Assembly: GCA_015075375.1 (NCBI GenBank)
Contig: JABTUM010000002.1
Location: 16,306-80,305, forward strand
Direction: 5' to 3'
DNA: 64,000 nt
From: Planctomycetota bacterium
GTDB taxonomy: Bacteria; Planctomycetota; SZUA-567; H5-PLA8
The notes under the pieces were generated by a model that saw nothing but the letters and a program-made list of their open reading frames with translations, was not told the DNA's origin and searched no databases. Position 1 is the first letter of the stretch, and each line of letters starts with the position of its first letter. Below are positions 52,318 to 61,219 of the stretch, in pieces. Both the position numbers and the translations under genes were made by a program.

Positions 52318-54186
52318 ATGAGCGAACCAGCCATCCACGGCCATACGATTGCCGACGCCTTGATCAATGCGCCGATTCTGGGCAAATGCGACCGGCTGGC
52401 GTTGGCGCGCCTGGTGCCGCATGCGGTGGAATTGCGCTTTCAGCCGGGCGAGAAGCTGTACGGGAGCAACGATCCCGCTGCACAGGCGTATCTGCTGCGG
52501 CGGGGGTCGGTTCGGCTGATGGAAGGCGGCCGGGTCATCGAAGCGGTACACGATGGCTTCGTCGGCGAAGAAGCGGCGGTGGAAGGCAAGCATTACCTGA
52601 CCGACGCGGTGGCTTCCGAGGAAGTCGTTGCGTTGGGGATCTCGCGGGAGTCGCTGCAGGCGCTCTCGAAGATGGATCCAAACGCCAAAGCCGGCTTTTA
52701 CCACAGTCTGATCAACCACTTTGCCGGCGAGCGCGAGTTCCCGGTGGAACTTGGCAAGAAAAAGAAGTCGGGCGATTCGGGCTCCTGGTTGCAGGCCGTG
52801 GGCTGGCTGGCGGCGATTGTGGGCCCGGCCTTTGTGTATTACATCGCTTCTGCGAATGGCATGCAGTCCCGCGAAACGAACTATCTGGCGGTCTTTACGG
52901 CCACGACGCTGATGTGGGTCTTCCGCCTGCTGCCCGAATACATTCCCGCGATCTTCGTGGTGCTGGCTTCGATCATTCTGGGCGTGGTTCCGGCTTCGGA
53001 CGTGCTCTCGGGGTTCGCTTCGGGCAGCTTTTTCATGGCGATGAGCGTGTTTGGGATCGGCGCGGTGCTGGTGCGCTCGGGCCTGATTTACCGGCTATCG
53101 CTGTGGCTGTTAAAGCACGCGCCGGCGACGCAGTTGGGCTACGAATGCGCGATGATGCTGGTGGGGCTGCTGCTGACGCCTGTGCTGCCATCGGCAAACG
53201 GCCGTGTCTCGCTGATGGCGCCGCTGCTGGAAGACATCACGGATGCGGTGCGCTACAAACGCGGGCAAATGGCCGCGACGCGGCTGGCCGCGGCCACCTT
53301 TACGGGGGCCACGGCGCTTTCGGCGGTCTTCCTGACGAGCAAGTCAATCAACTTCGCGGTGTACGACCTCTTTCCGGCGCAGGTGAAATTCCAGTTCACC
53401 TGGGGCTATTGGATCGTCGCGGCGGCGGTGGTGGGCGGCATCATCATACTGGGACACTTCGCGCTCTCGTTCGTCTTCTTTCGAAACGAGGAGAAGCCCT
53501 ACTTGAATCGGAGCCGCGTCACCTCGCAGTTGAAGGTGATGGGGCCGATGAGCAAGGAAGAGTGGATTGCGCTTTCGGGGATTGTCTTTTTCGTTCTTGG
53601 AGCGCTGACGAGCAGTCTGCACAAAGTCCAGCCGCCCTGGATCGGTTTGGCCGTGCTGTACATGCTGATCAACCTGGGCGTCTTTTCCAAGAACGATCTG
53701 CGTAAAGAGATCGACTGGCCGTTCCTGTTGATGCTGGCGGGAATGGTTAGCATCGTGAATACCATGGAGAAGCTGAAGCTCGACGACCTGCTGAAGAAGC
53801 ATATCGAGTGGATGGGCGAGTACCTGCGGGACGACCTTTTTATTTTCTTACTGCTGCTCTCGGCGTTCATCTTCCTGATTCGTCTGGTGATGCCCAATAA
53901 CGCGGCCATCGTGCTGCTGTGCACGGTATTCCTGCCGATCGCCGATGAACAGGGCGTATCGGCGTGGATCCTGGCTTTCGTGATTTTGCTGGTCAGCGAC
54001 GGATTCGTGATGGCCTACCAGTGCACCTATTACCTGCAGTTTCAGGAAGAACTGGAGGGTAAAGGCGACGATGTCCCGCTTTACAACGAGAAGCGCATGC
54101 TCTGGTATAACCTCTTCTCCAACGTCATTCGCATAGGGGCCGTGTTCGCCTCGGTGCCCTATTGGAAACTGTTGGGGCTGCTATGA
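52318..54186 (+). CDS. Cyclic nucleotide-binding domain fused to DASS/SLC13-type (ArsB/NhaD superfamily) anion permease
   Basis: An N-terminal ~130 aa cNMP-binding-like domain (APILGKCDRLALARL...FQPGEKLY..AYLLRRGSVRL...FVGEEA) is followed by a ~480-aa polytopic permease with SANGRVSLMAPL and NNAAIVLL hairpin-like motifs. Confidence 0.7.
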   Translation: MSEPAIHGHTIADALINAPILGKCDRLALARLVPHAVELRFQPGEKLYGSNDPAAQAYLLRRGSVRLMEGGRVIEAVHDGFVGEEAAVEGKHYLTDAVASEEVVALGISRESLQALSKMDPNAKAGFYHSLINHFAGEREFPVELGKKKKSGDSGSWLQAVGWLAAIVGPAFVYYIASANGMQSRETNYLAVFTATTLMWVFRLLPEYIPAIFVVLASIILGVVPASDVLSGFASGSFFMAMSVFGIGAVLVRSGLIYRLSLWLLKHAPATQLGYECAMMLVGLLLTPVLPSANGRVSLMAPLLEDITDAVRYKRGQMAATRLAAATFTGATALSAVFLTSKSINFAVYDLFPAQVKFQFTWGYWIVAAAVVGGIIILGHFALSFVFFRNEEKPYLNRSRVTSQLKVMGPMSKEEWIALSGIVFFVLGALTSSLHKVQPPWIGLAVLYMLINLGVFSKNDLRKEIDWPFLLMLAGMVSIVNTMEKLKLDDLLKKHIEWMGEYLRDDLFIFLLLLSAFIFLIRLVMPNNAAIVLLCTVFLPIADEQGVSAWILAFVILLVSDGFVMAYQCTYYLQFQEELEGKGDDVPLYNEKRMLWYNLFSNVIRIGAVFASVPYWKLLGLL

Positions 54187-55223
54187 ACCTCCAAAAGATC
54201 ACCAGCGCGTTTATGGTGCTGTTCCTGGCGATCGTGGGATCGTTCCTGATCCACGAAAGCTTGAAGCGGCCGCGCATCCTGGTTCTGCACAGCTACTACA
54301 CCGATTACGCGTGGGTAAAGGACATCGATATCGGGATCAGGCGCGAGCTGGGTTCGCGGCCGTACAACTTGCGCTTTCATTATATGGACACGAAGCGGCA
54401 TCCGTTTCCCGAGTTCATGGAAAAGGCAGGCTTGACGGCACGCCGGATGATCGATGAGTGGCAGCCGGATATCATCATCGCTGTGGACGATAACGCGCAG
54501 AAATACGTGACGCGGTACTACATCGACGATCCGAACAAGGTGATTTTGTTCAGCGGGCTTAACGCCGAGCTTCAGGACTACAACTTCCATACGGCCAAAA
54601 ACGTGACGGGGATCATCGAGCGCATCCCGTACGAGGCGGCGCGGGACATTTTTCTGCAGCTCTTGCCTTCCGATAAGCGCCGCGTGTACCACATTTCGGA
54701 CGACTCGGAAACCTCCGTGGCGATTCACAAGGAAATCGAGAACTTCGACTGGAGCCCGTTGAAGTTCGTGGAATCCAAGCAGATCGCGACCTTCGGGCAA
54801 TGGAAGGAGGCGGTGAAGGACGCCGAGGACGAATGCGATTGCCTGCTGATTACGCACTACCACACGCTCAAGGATGACCATGACCCTACGAAAATAATCA
54901 AGCCTATCGACGTGGTGACGTGGACCGAACAGAACACCAAGCTGCCGACCCTGGGCTTCTGGGGCTTCTTCGTCGAGGAAGGCGGCATGATGGCGGTGGC
55001 CGTTTCGCCGTACGAGCAGGGGGAAATCCCGGCGCGCATGGCTTGGCAGATCATCGAAGGCGGTATCAAACCTCACGAAGTCGCGGAGAAATTCCCGTGG
55101 CAGAAGAACCGGCTCTTCGTGATGTTCATGCGCGGGTCGACCTTTCGCGAGCGCCTGAAGGGCCAGGAAATGCCCCTGATCCTGGAAGCCTTCGCTCGCG
55201 CGATGAACCACTATTACGAGTAA
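54183..55223 (+). CDS. Membrane-anchored ABC-transporter-substrate-binding-like protein (PF04392-like from memory)
   Basis: The ATG overlaps the upstream TGA (ATGA). N-terminal TM ITSAFMVLFLAIVGSFLI, then ILVLHSYYTDYAWVKDI..G....L and IIIAVDDNA. Confidence 0.6.
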   Translation: MNLQKITSAFMVLFLAIVGSFLIHESLKRPRILVLHSYYTDYAWVKDIDIGIRRELGSRPYNLRFHYMDTKRHPFPEFMEKAGLTARRMIDEWQPDIIIAVDDNAQKYVTRYYIDDPNKVILFSGLNAELQDYNFHTAKNVTGIIERIPYEAARDIFLQLLPSDKRRVYHISDDSETSVAIHKEIENFDWSPLKFVESKQIATFGQWKEAVKDAEDECDCLLITHYHTLKDDHDPTKIIKPIDVVTWTEQNTKLPTLGFWGFFVEEGGMMAVAVSPYEQGEIPARMAWQIIEGGIKPHEVAEKFPWQKNRLFVMFMRGSTFRERLKGQEMPLILEAFARAMNHYYE

Positions 55224-55225
55224 GG

Positions 55226-57187
55226 TCAGTCGAGTTGCGTTCGGTTGCTGCGCAATTCGTTGCTGCGGTAAGCCTCGATCAACTCTTCCAGTAATTCGAT
55301 CTGAGCGCGAAGGGCAACGCCACGCTCGGTATCGGCCACGCGGCGCGGCTTCTCGTGCCGGCGCAATTCCCGAATTTCGGGAATGATGTCTACGCCGTCG
55401 CGCAACGCGGCATCCACGGATTCGAAGTGGTGATGCTTGGCCAGGAAGGTGCGGTCGGCTTCCAGCACCAGCGTATAGCCGTGATCGCCGTAAGCTTCGC
55501 TGAAAGCGCCGTCGATGGTGATCGCCATGCCGCTTTTCTTGACCGGGTCCTCGCCCTTCTCGATTTTCACCGGTACGTGACCGTTGACGATCCAGCCCGT
55601 GGCGGGATCGACGCCGAACTCGGCCAGTACTTTGGCGCAGAATGCTTTCTCATGGATCAGTTTGAAGTAGGGGTTCTTGGTTTCCTCGTGCGTGGCGGGA
55701 TCGGCGACCAGTTCGCGTTCCAGGGTAGTGATGCGGTCTTTGCCGAAGAGGGGCGAGAGCGGTCCGCACCAGAGGTACCAGAGCAGGTCGATGTCCGGCT
55801 GTTTGCGTTCTTCCAGCGCCCGAACAACCACGCGGTCGATCGATTCCATGAGCTCGCGCCCGACGCGCGGCTTGCCGTCGATGGTGAGCGGGAGGAAATC
55901 GCCCTTCGCATCCACCGCCAAGCAGCCGTGGAAGATCAGAATACCGTCGCGCACGATGAACATGCGCCCTTGTTTGACGACGAACTGGGCGTGATCCCAC
56001 AGTTTGGCGCTGGCCAGGAACGACGCTTTAATGCGGTCCATGCAGATCTGTTCGTCGGGCGAGAGCTTGTACGGATCGGAGGGGTCAACCGTAGGCAGAA
56101 ACGTATCGAGCAGCGGGTAGGACTTGCCGTCGAGCGTGAGCGTACCGTTCTTCGTGTCCAGGAGATGCATCAGGCGGCGATGTTCCTGAGCCCACTCGGG
56201 GTGGTGAGCCAGGAGCTGGCCTTCCAGTTTGAACTGAATGATCCCGATGGCCTTTTGCATGCGCCGCATGGTGATTTCTTCGCGCATGCCGCCGCCTTTA
56301 ACCTTAAAGGTGGGCGGTTTGTCGTTCGCGTAAACGTCGCGGACGAGGCGCTCGAGCGGCTGCAGGGTGATCCCGTACCCTTCTTCGAGCTGGCTCAGGC
56401 GCCGGTAGCGCAGCGAGATGCGCAGCACTTGGGCGATGCAGGCTTCCTGGCCCAGGCATGCGCCCAGCCACGCGGCGTCGTGATTGCCCCAGGTAAACGA
56501 AACGTTGGGCTGCCGGATCAGGTAATCGACGACCTTGTCGCCGCGTTCGCCGCGATCCCAGCAATCGCCCGCGATGATCAATTCGCCGATAGCCAGATTG
56601 CGAACGACGCGTACGGCGAGATGCAGGAAATGGAGGGCGCGGTCGCGGCGGCTCAGTTCGCGCACGATGCCCGCCGTGTTGTCGGAATTGCGTTCGAGCG
56701 TGGCATTGTTCAGCACTTCGGCGAAGAGGTCGCGGTACTCGGCCGGAAAGAGGCGCATGCAGTGCTTGAAGCTGTATTGGCCGGCCAGTTCGCGGACGAG
56801 TTCGAAGAGTCGGCCGAGCATCTTTTCGGCGTACGCGCGCCGGTCTTCGGGCGCAGGCAGACTCTCCTGCAGTCGGCCGATGACTTCGGCTGGGTAAAAG
56901 ACGAGATTCAGAAATTCTTGCCGCTCGGCGGCGTCGAGGCGCTGGCCGAAGCGGGTCTCGATCATGGGGCGCAGGCGGCCGGATGCGTTGTTGATGACAT
57001 GACGGAGCTTTTTGTATTCGCCGTGCACGTCGCTGATGACGTGAATCGCGGCCTTGGGCAATTCGAGTATTGCGGCAAGCCGCGCGATTTCGGAGGAGGC
57101 GGCGTCGACACTTGGGAATTCGCGCGCCAGGATGCTCAGTGTGGCGATCCGTTTGGCTCGCGCGTGAGGCGATTCGGCTTCGGGCAT
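55226..57187 (-). CDS. fbp: Fructose-1,6-bisphosphatase, class 3
   Basis: 653 aa. HVISDVHGEYKKL, GDCWDRGERGDKV and NGHVPVK (metallophosphoesterase-type), with the overall length typical of FBPase class III. Confidence 0.85.
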   Translation of the reverse strand: MPEAESPHARAKRIATLSILAREFPSVDAASSEIARLAAILELPKAAIHVISDVHGEYKKLRHVINNASGRLRPMIETRFGQRLDAAERQEFLNLVFYPAEVIGRLQESLPAPEDRRAYAEKMLGRLFELVRELAGQYSFKHCMRLFPAEYRDLFAEVLNNATLERNSDNTAGIVRELSRRDRALHFLHLAVRVVRNLAIGELIIAGDCWDRGERGDKVVDYLIRQPNVSFTWGNHDAAWLGACLGQEACIAQVLRISLRYRRLSQLEEGYGITLQPLERLVRDVYANDKPPTFKVKGGGMREEITMRRMQKAIGIIQFKLEGQLLAHHPEWAQEHRRLMHLLDTKNGTLTLDGKSYPLLDTFLPTVDPSDPYKLSPDEQICMDRIKASFLASAKLWDHAQFVVKQGRMFIVRDGILIFHGCLAVDAKGDFLPLTIDGKPRVGRELMESIDRVVVRALEERKQPDIDLLWYLWCGPLSPLFGKDRITTLERELVADPATHEETKNPYFKLIHEKAFCAKVLAEFGVDPATGWIVNGHVPVKIEKGEDPVKKSGMAITIDGAFSEAYGDHGYTLVLEADRTFLAKHHHFESVDAALRDGVDIIPEIRELRRHEKPRRVADTERGVALRAQIELLEELIEAYRSNELRSNRTQLD

Positions 57188-57281
57188 GCAGGGAAACCCT
57201 TGATTGGGAACGCCCTGAAAAGCCGCGGCGGGGGCAGGCGCCCCCGCCGCGGTGCAGCAGCATCGACTATCCGGCTGATCC

Positions 57282-59384
57282 TCAGCGATTCGCGGCGATG
57301 GTCCGTTTGGCCGCCTCGGCTACGGCTTCCGGAGTAAAGCCGAACTTCTTGTTCAGCTCCTTCAGCGGGGCCGAAGCTCCGAAGGTGCGCATGCCGATGG
57401 ATTCACCCGTCGGTCCGACGTAGCGTTCCCAGCAGAAGGTGGACAACGCTTCAATCGAGACGCGCGCCTTGATCGAAGGCGGCAGCACCGAATCGCGGTA
57501 TTCCCTATCCTGGTGCTCGAAGAGCTCCCACGAAGGCATGCTGACCACGCGCGCCTTGATGCCTTCGCTCTTGAGTTTGGCCTGGCTGTCCATGGCCAAA
57601 GCGACTTCGGTGCCGCTGGCCATCAGGAGCACGTCGGGCTTGCCGCCTTCGGCTTCGGAAAGAATGTACGCACCTTTGGCGACGCCTTCGGCGGAACCGC
57701 ACTTGGTCCGGTCCACAGTCGGCATGTTCTGGCGGCTGAGCACCAGACAAACCGGCTCGTGGCGCATCTTCATGATTGTCTTCCACGCTTCGAGGACTTC
57801 GTTCGGATCGCCCGGGCGCATCGTGATCAGACCCGGAATCGCGCGCAAGCTGGCCAGGTGCTCGATGGGCTGGTGCGTCGGCCCGTCTTCACCGACCCCG
57901 ATGCTGTCGTGCGTGAAGATGTAGATGACCGGGATTTCCATGATCGCCGCCAAGCGGATGCAGGGGCGGCTGAAATCGCTGAAGACGAAGAAGCCGGAGC
58001 CGTAAGGGCGGACCTTGGTAAGGGCCATCCCGTTGAGCACCGCGCCCATGGCGATTTCGCGGATGCCGAAGTGCATGTTACGTCCGCCGAAGTGAATCTT
58101 CGTCGGATGATGCGGATCGGCGGCCAGTCCGGGAGGGCCGAAATCCTCGGCGCCTTCGAACGTGAGCCGCGTCTTGGTGGACGGCGCCAAGTCGGCGCTG
58201 CCGCCGATCAGCCACGGCACGCTTTGTGCGATCGCATTTAGGACCTTGCCCGAGGCGTCGCGGCCGGCCAATCCCTTCGGATCGGTCGGGAAGGGCTTGA
58301 GATTCTTGTCCCAGCCGTCGGGGAGTTGGCGCTTCTGGATGCGGACCAGTTCGTCGGCTTCTTTCGGGAACTTGGCCTTGTACTTCTCGTAGAGGCTCAT
58401 CCATTCGCTGCGCAGATTGCCGCCGCGCTTGCCCATGCCCTTGTTGAAGTGTTCCAGGACTTCGGTGGGCACGCGGAATTTGGCGTCTTCCGGCCAGCCG
58501 TAGTTGCGCTTGGTGAGCTTAATTTCTTCCTCGCCGAGCGGCGCGCCGTGCGCTTCGTGGGTGTCCTGCAGGTTCGGAGCGCCCCAGGCGATGTGGCTGT
58601 CCACGATGATCAGCGTCGGCCGGCCCTTGGTCTCCTTGGCCAGGTTGTACGCGCGCTTGAGCATCTCGAGATCGTTGGCATCGCTCACGCGCGTTACGTT
58701 CCAACCGTACGCGACGAAGCGGGTGGCGACATCCTCGCTGAAGGACCAGCCGGTGTTGCCTTCGATGGTGATCTTGTTGTTGTCGTAGATCCAGCAGAGG
58801 TTATCGAGCTTCAGGTGGCCGGCGAGGCTGGCCGCTTCGCTGGCGGCGCCTTCCATCATGCAGCCGTCCCCGCCCAGCGCGTAGACGTGGTACCCGAAGA
58901 GATCGAAACCGGGGCGATTGTAATGAGCAGCCAGCCACTTACCGGCGACGGCCATACCGACGCTGGTCGCGTAACCCTGTCCCAGCGGTCCTGTGGTGGT
59001 TTCGATGCCGCTGGTCCACCGGTATTCGGGATGCCCGGCGCAGCGGCTGTCCATCTGGCGGAAGCGCTTGATGTCGTCGAGCGTCACCGAGGGCTTGCCG
59101 ACGCTTTCGTACGCCGCATTGACGGCCTTAACTTGGGTGAGATGCAGCATCGAGTACAGCAGCATCGAAGCGTGGCCCATGGACAGCACGAAGCGGTCGC
59201 GATTCGGCCAGATCGGATCGTTGGGATCGAAGCGCAGGTGGTTCTGCCACAATTCGTAAGCGACCGGCGCCATGGCCATGGGCGTGCCGGGGTGCCCGCT
59301 GTTGGCGGCTTGCACCGCGTCCATCGCGAGCGTGCGAATCGTATTAACGGCCAAGCGGTCCAGATCGGCTTGCGTGGTGGTCAC
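57282..59384 (-). CDS. tkt: Transketolase
   Basis: NTIRTLAMDAVQAANSGHPGTPMAMAP, GDGCMMEG, THDSIGVGEDGPTHQPIEHL. GTG at 59384 has GGAGGAG upstream; the track ORF extends to 59480. Confidence 0.9.
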   Translation of the reverse strand: MTTTQADLDRLAVNTIRTLAMDAVQAANSGHPGTPMAMAPVAYELWQNHLRFDPNDPIWPNRDRFVLSMGHASMLLYSMLHLTQVKAVNAAYESVGKPSVTLDDIKRFRQMDSRCAGHPEYRWTSGIETTTGPLGQGYATSVGMAVAGKWLAAHYNRPGFDLFGYHVYALGGDGCMMEGAASEAASLAGHLKLDNLCWIYDNNKITIEGNTGWSFSEDVATRFVAYGWNVTRVSDANDLEMLKRAYNLAKETKGRPTLIIVDSHIAWGAPNLQDTHEAHGAPLGEEEIKLTKRNYGWPEDAKFRVPTEVLEHFNKGMGKRGGNLRSEWMSLYEKYKAKFPKEADELVRIQKRQLPDGWDKNLKPFPTDPKGLAGRDASGKVLNAIAQSVPWLIGGSADLAPSTKTRLTFEGAEDFGPPGLAADPHHPTKIHFGGRNMHFGIREIAMGAVLNGMALTKVRPYGSGFFVFSDFSRPCIRLAAIMEIPVIYIFTHDSIGVGEDGPTHQPIEHLASLRAIPGLITMRPGDPNEVLEAWKTIMKMRHEPVCLVLSRQNMPTVDRTKCGSAEGVAKGAYILSEAEGGKPDVLLMASGTEVALAMDSQAKLKSEGIKARVVSMPSWELFEHQDREYRDSVLPPSIKARVSIEALSTFCWERYVGPTGESIGMRTFGASAPLKELNKKFGFTPEAVAEAAKRTIAANR

Positions 59385-59733
59385 GTGAAACTCCTCCCGA
59401 AAAGGGGTGAAGGGAAACAAAACCGATATCCAAGGAACACGACGAGTGGAGCCCATGCTAGCGGAGAAGCGATTGCGCACAAGCCGACTCTGAACAGAAC
59501 ATCAACGGATGCGAATATGAGTGATACGAAAACGCTCAAGTGCGTAAACGGGCGCCGACGGTTCGATAAAATCCTCGGGGTGCACTTTCCAGACCGGCTC
59601 CCTCCCATAGAATGCGCGGGTTCAGGATGGGATACCGGACTGCCCGCAGGGCAGTTCCTTATAAGGATGAACTCAACGCCCGCGGGAGCGAAGCCCCGGT
59701 GCTTGAGGCCTAAATTACTCGGGAGGACGGCTC

Positions 59734-61155
59734 ATGGCGGAACATAAATACGATGTAGTGGTGCTGGGCTCCGGCGCGGCCGGCGAGAAGGGCGCGGCGC
59801 AAGCGGCCTACTTCGGCAAGAAGGTGGCCATGGTGGAGCGCGACTACTACCTCGGCGGCGCGACCGCGGGTACGACTGTGCCCAGCAAGACGTTGCGCGA
59901 AACGGCCATGGCGCTATCCGGCGTCCGCGCGCGCCAGCTTCACGGTGTCGACATCTCGCTGCGCGGGCATGTGACGGTGCAGGACTTCCTGCATCACGAA
60001 AAGGTCGTCAAGCAGACCGAACGCAACCGCGTCCAGTTCAACATGGACCGGCATAAGGTGGACATTTTCAAAGGCGCCGGCCGCTTCAAGGATCCGCACC
60101 GCATCGAGATCCTTGCGCCCGGCAAGCAGCCGGACATCCTGTACGGCGATGTGATCCTGATCGCCACCGGGTCGTCGCCGCGCCGCCCGGACGAGTTTCC
60201 CAAGGATGGGCGCATCTACGACAGCGATTCGATCCTGCAAATGAAGCAGATGCCCAAGAGCCTGTGCGTCGTCGGCGGCGGCGTCATCGGCTGCGAATAC
60301 GCCTGCATCTTCGCGGCGCTGGACGTCGACGTAAGCTTGATTCACGGCCGCGATATCCTGCTCGACTTCCTGGACCGCGATATCTCCTACGCGCTGCGCA
60401 ATGCCATGGAGAAGATGGGCGTCACGCTGCTTATGCCGCAGCGCCTGGCCGGGGTCACCGCCGAGAAGGATGGCATTCACCTCAAGCTGGCCAGCGGCGA
60501 TGTGCGCATCGTCGATGCGGTGATGCTGGCCACCGGACGGCAGTCCAATACCGGCGACCTGAATCTCGAAGTGGCCGGCGTAGAACTGGGCAAGTACGGC
60601 TTGATTAAGGTCAATGAAGACTACCAAACCAACGTGCCGCATATCTTCGCGGCCGGCGACGTGGTCGGCGCTCCGGCTTTGGCCAGCACGGGTATGGAGC
60701 AGGCGCGCTTCGCGATGATCAAGGGCCTCAAGCTGCCCAACTACAAGAATGCCGTCGCGCCGATCCTGCCGGCGGGCATCTACACCATCCCCGAATGCTC
60801 CAGCGCGGGGCTGACCGAGGAGCAGTGCCGCGAGAAGGGCATCAAGGCCGTCTCGGGTACCGCGAAGTACGGCCAGAACGCGCGCGGCATGATCATCGGC
60901 GACTACGACGGCTTCCTGAAGCTCGTCTTCCGCTGGGACGACATGAAGCTGATCGGCGTGCACGTAATCGGCGAAATCGCCAGCGAGTTGGTTCACACCG
61001 GCTTGTGCGCGATGACCATGGGCGCGACGAACGAATTGTTCATCAATACCTGCTTCAATTACCCGACGTTGGGCGAACTGTACAAGTACGCCACCTACGA
61101 TGCGATGGGTAAGAAGGCCAAGCTCGAAGCCGAGGAGAAAGCAAGCAAGTCCTGA
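59734..61155 (+). CDS. sthA: Soluble pyridine nucleotide transhydrogenase-like flavoprotein (class I pyridine nucleotide-disulfide oxidoreductase family lacking the redox Cys pair)
   Basis: YDVVVLGSGAAGEKGA..VERDYYLGGATAGTTVPSKTLRE parallels E. coli SthA (..GGGCTHWGTIPSKALR) but has no Cys. A second Rossmann fold (VVGGGVIGCEYA) and FAAGDV are present. 473 aa. Confidence 0.65.
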   Translation: MAEHKYDVVVLGSGAAGEKGAAQAAYFGKKVAMVERDYYLGGATAGTTVPSKTLRETAMALSGVRARQLHGVDISLRGHVTVQDFLHHEKVVKQTERNRVQFNMDRHKVDIFKGAGRFKDPHRIEILAPGKQPDILYGDVILIATGSSPRRPDEFPKDGRIYDSDSILQMKQMPKSLCVVGGGVIGCEYACIFAALDVDVSLIHGRDILLDFLDRDISYALRNAMEKMGVTLLMPQRLAGVTAEKDGIHLKLASGDVRIVDAVMLATGRQSNTGDLNLEVAGVELGKYGLIKVNEDYQTNVPHIFAAGDVVGAPALASTGMEQARFAMIKGLKLPNYKNAVAPILPAGIYTIPECSSAGLTEEQCREKGIKAVSGTAKYGQNARGMIIGDYDGFLKLVFRWDDMKLIGVHVIGEIASELVHTGLCAMTMGATNELFINTCFNYPTLGELYKYATYDAMGKKAKLEAEEKASKS

Positions 61156-61174
61156 GGTTGATCCCGTTCGAATG

Positions 61175-61206
61175 AAAAAAGGGCGGCCTGCGGGCCGCCT
61201 TTTTTA
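61175..61206. terminator. Bidirectional rho-independent terminator between convergent genes
   Basis: aaaaaa-gggcggcc-tgcg-ggccgcc(t)-tttttt: GC stem, 4-nt loop, with an A-run on one side and a T-run on the other. Confidence 0.85.
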
Positions 61207-61219
61207 TTGGGCCCTATTC

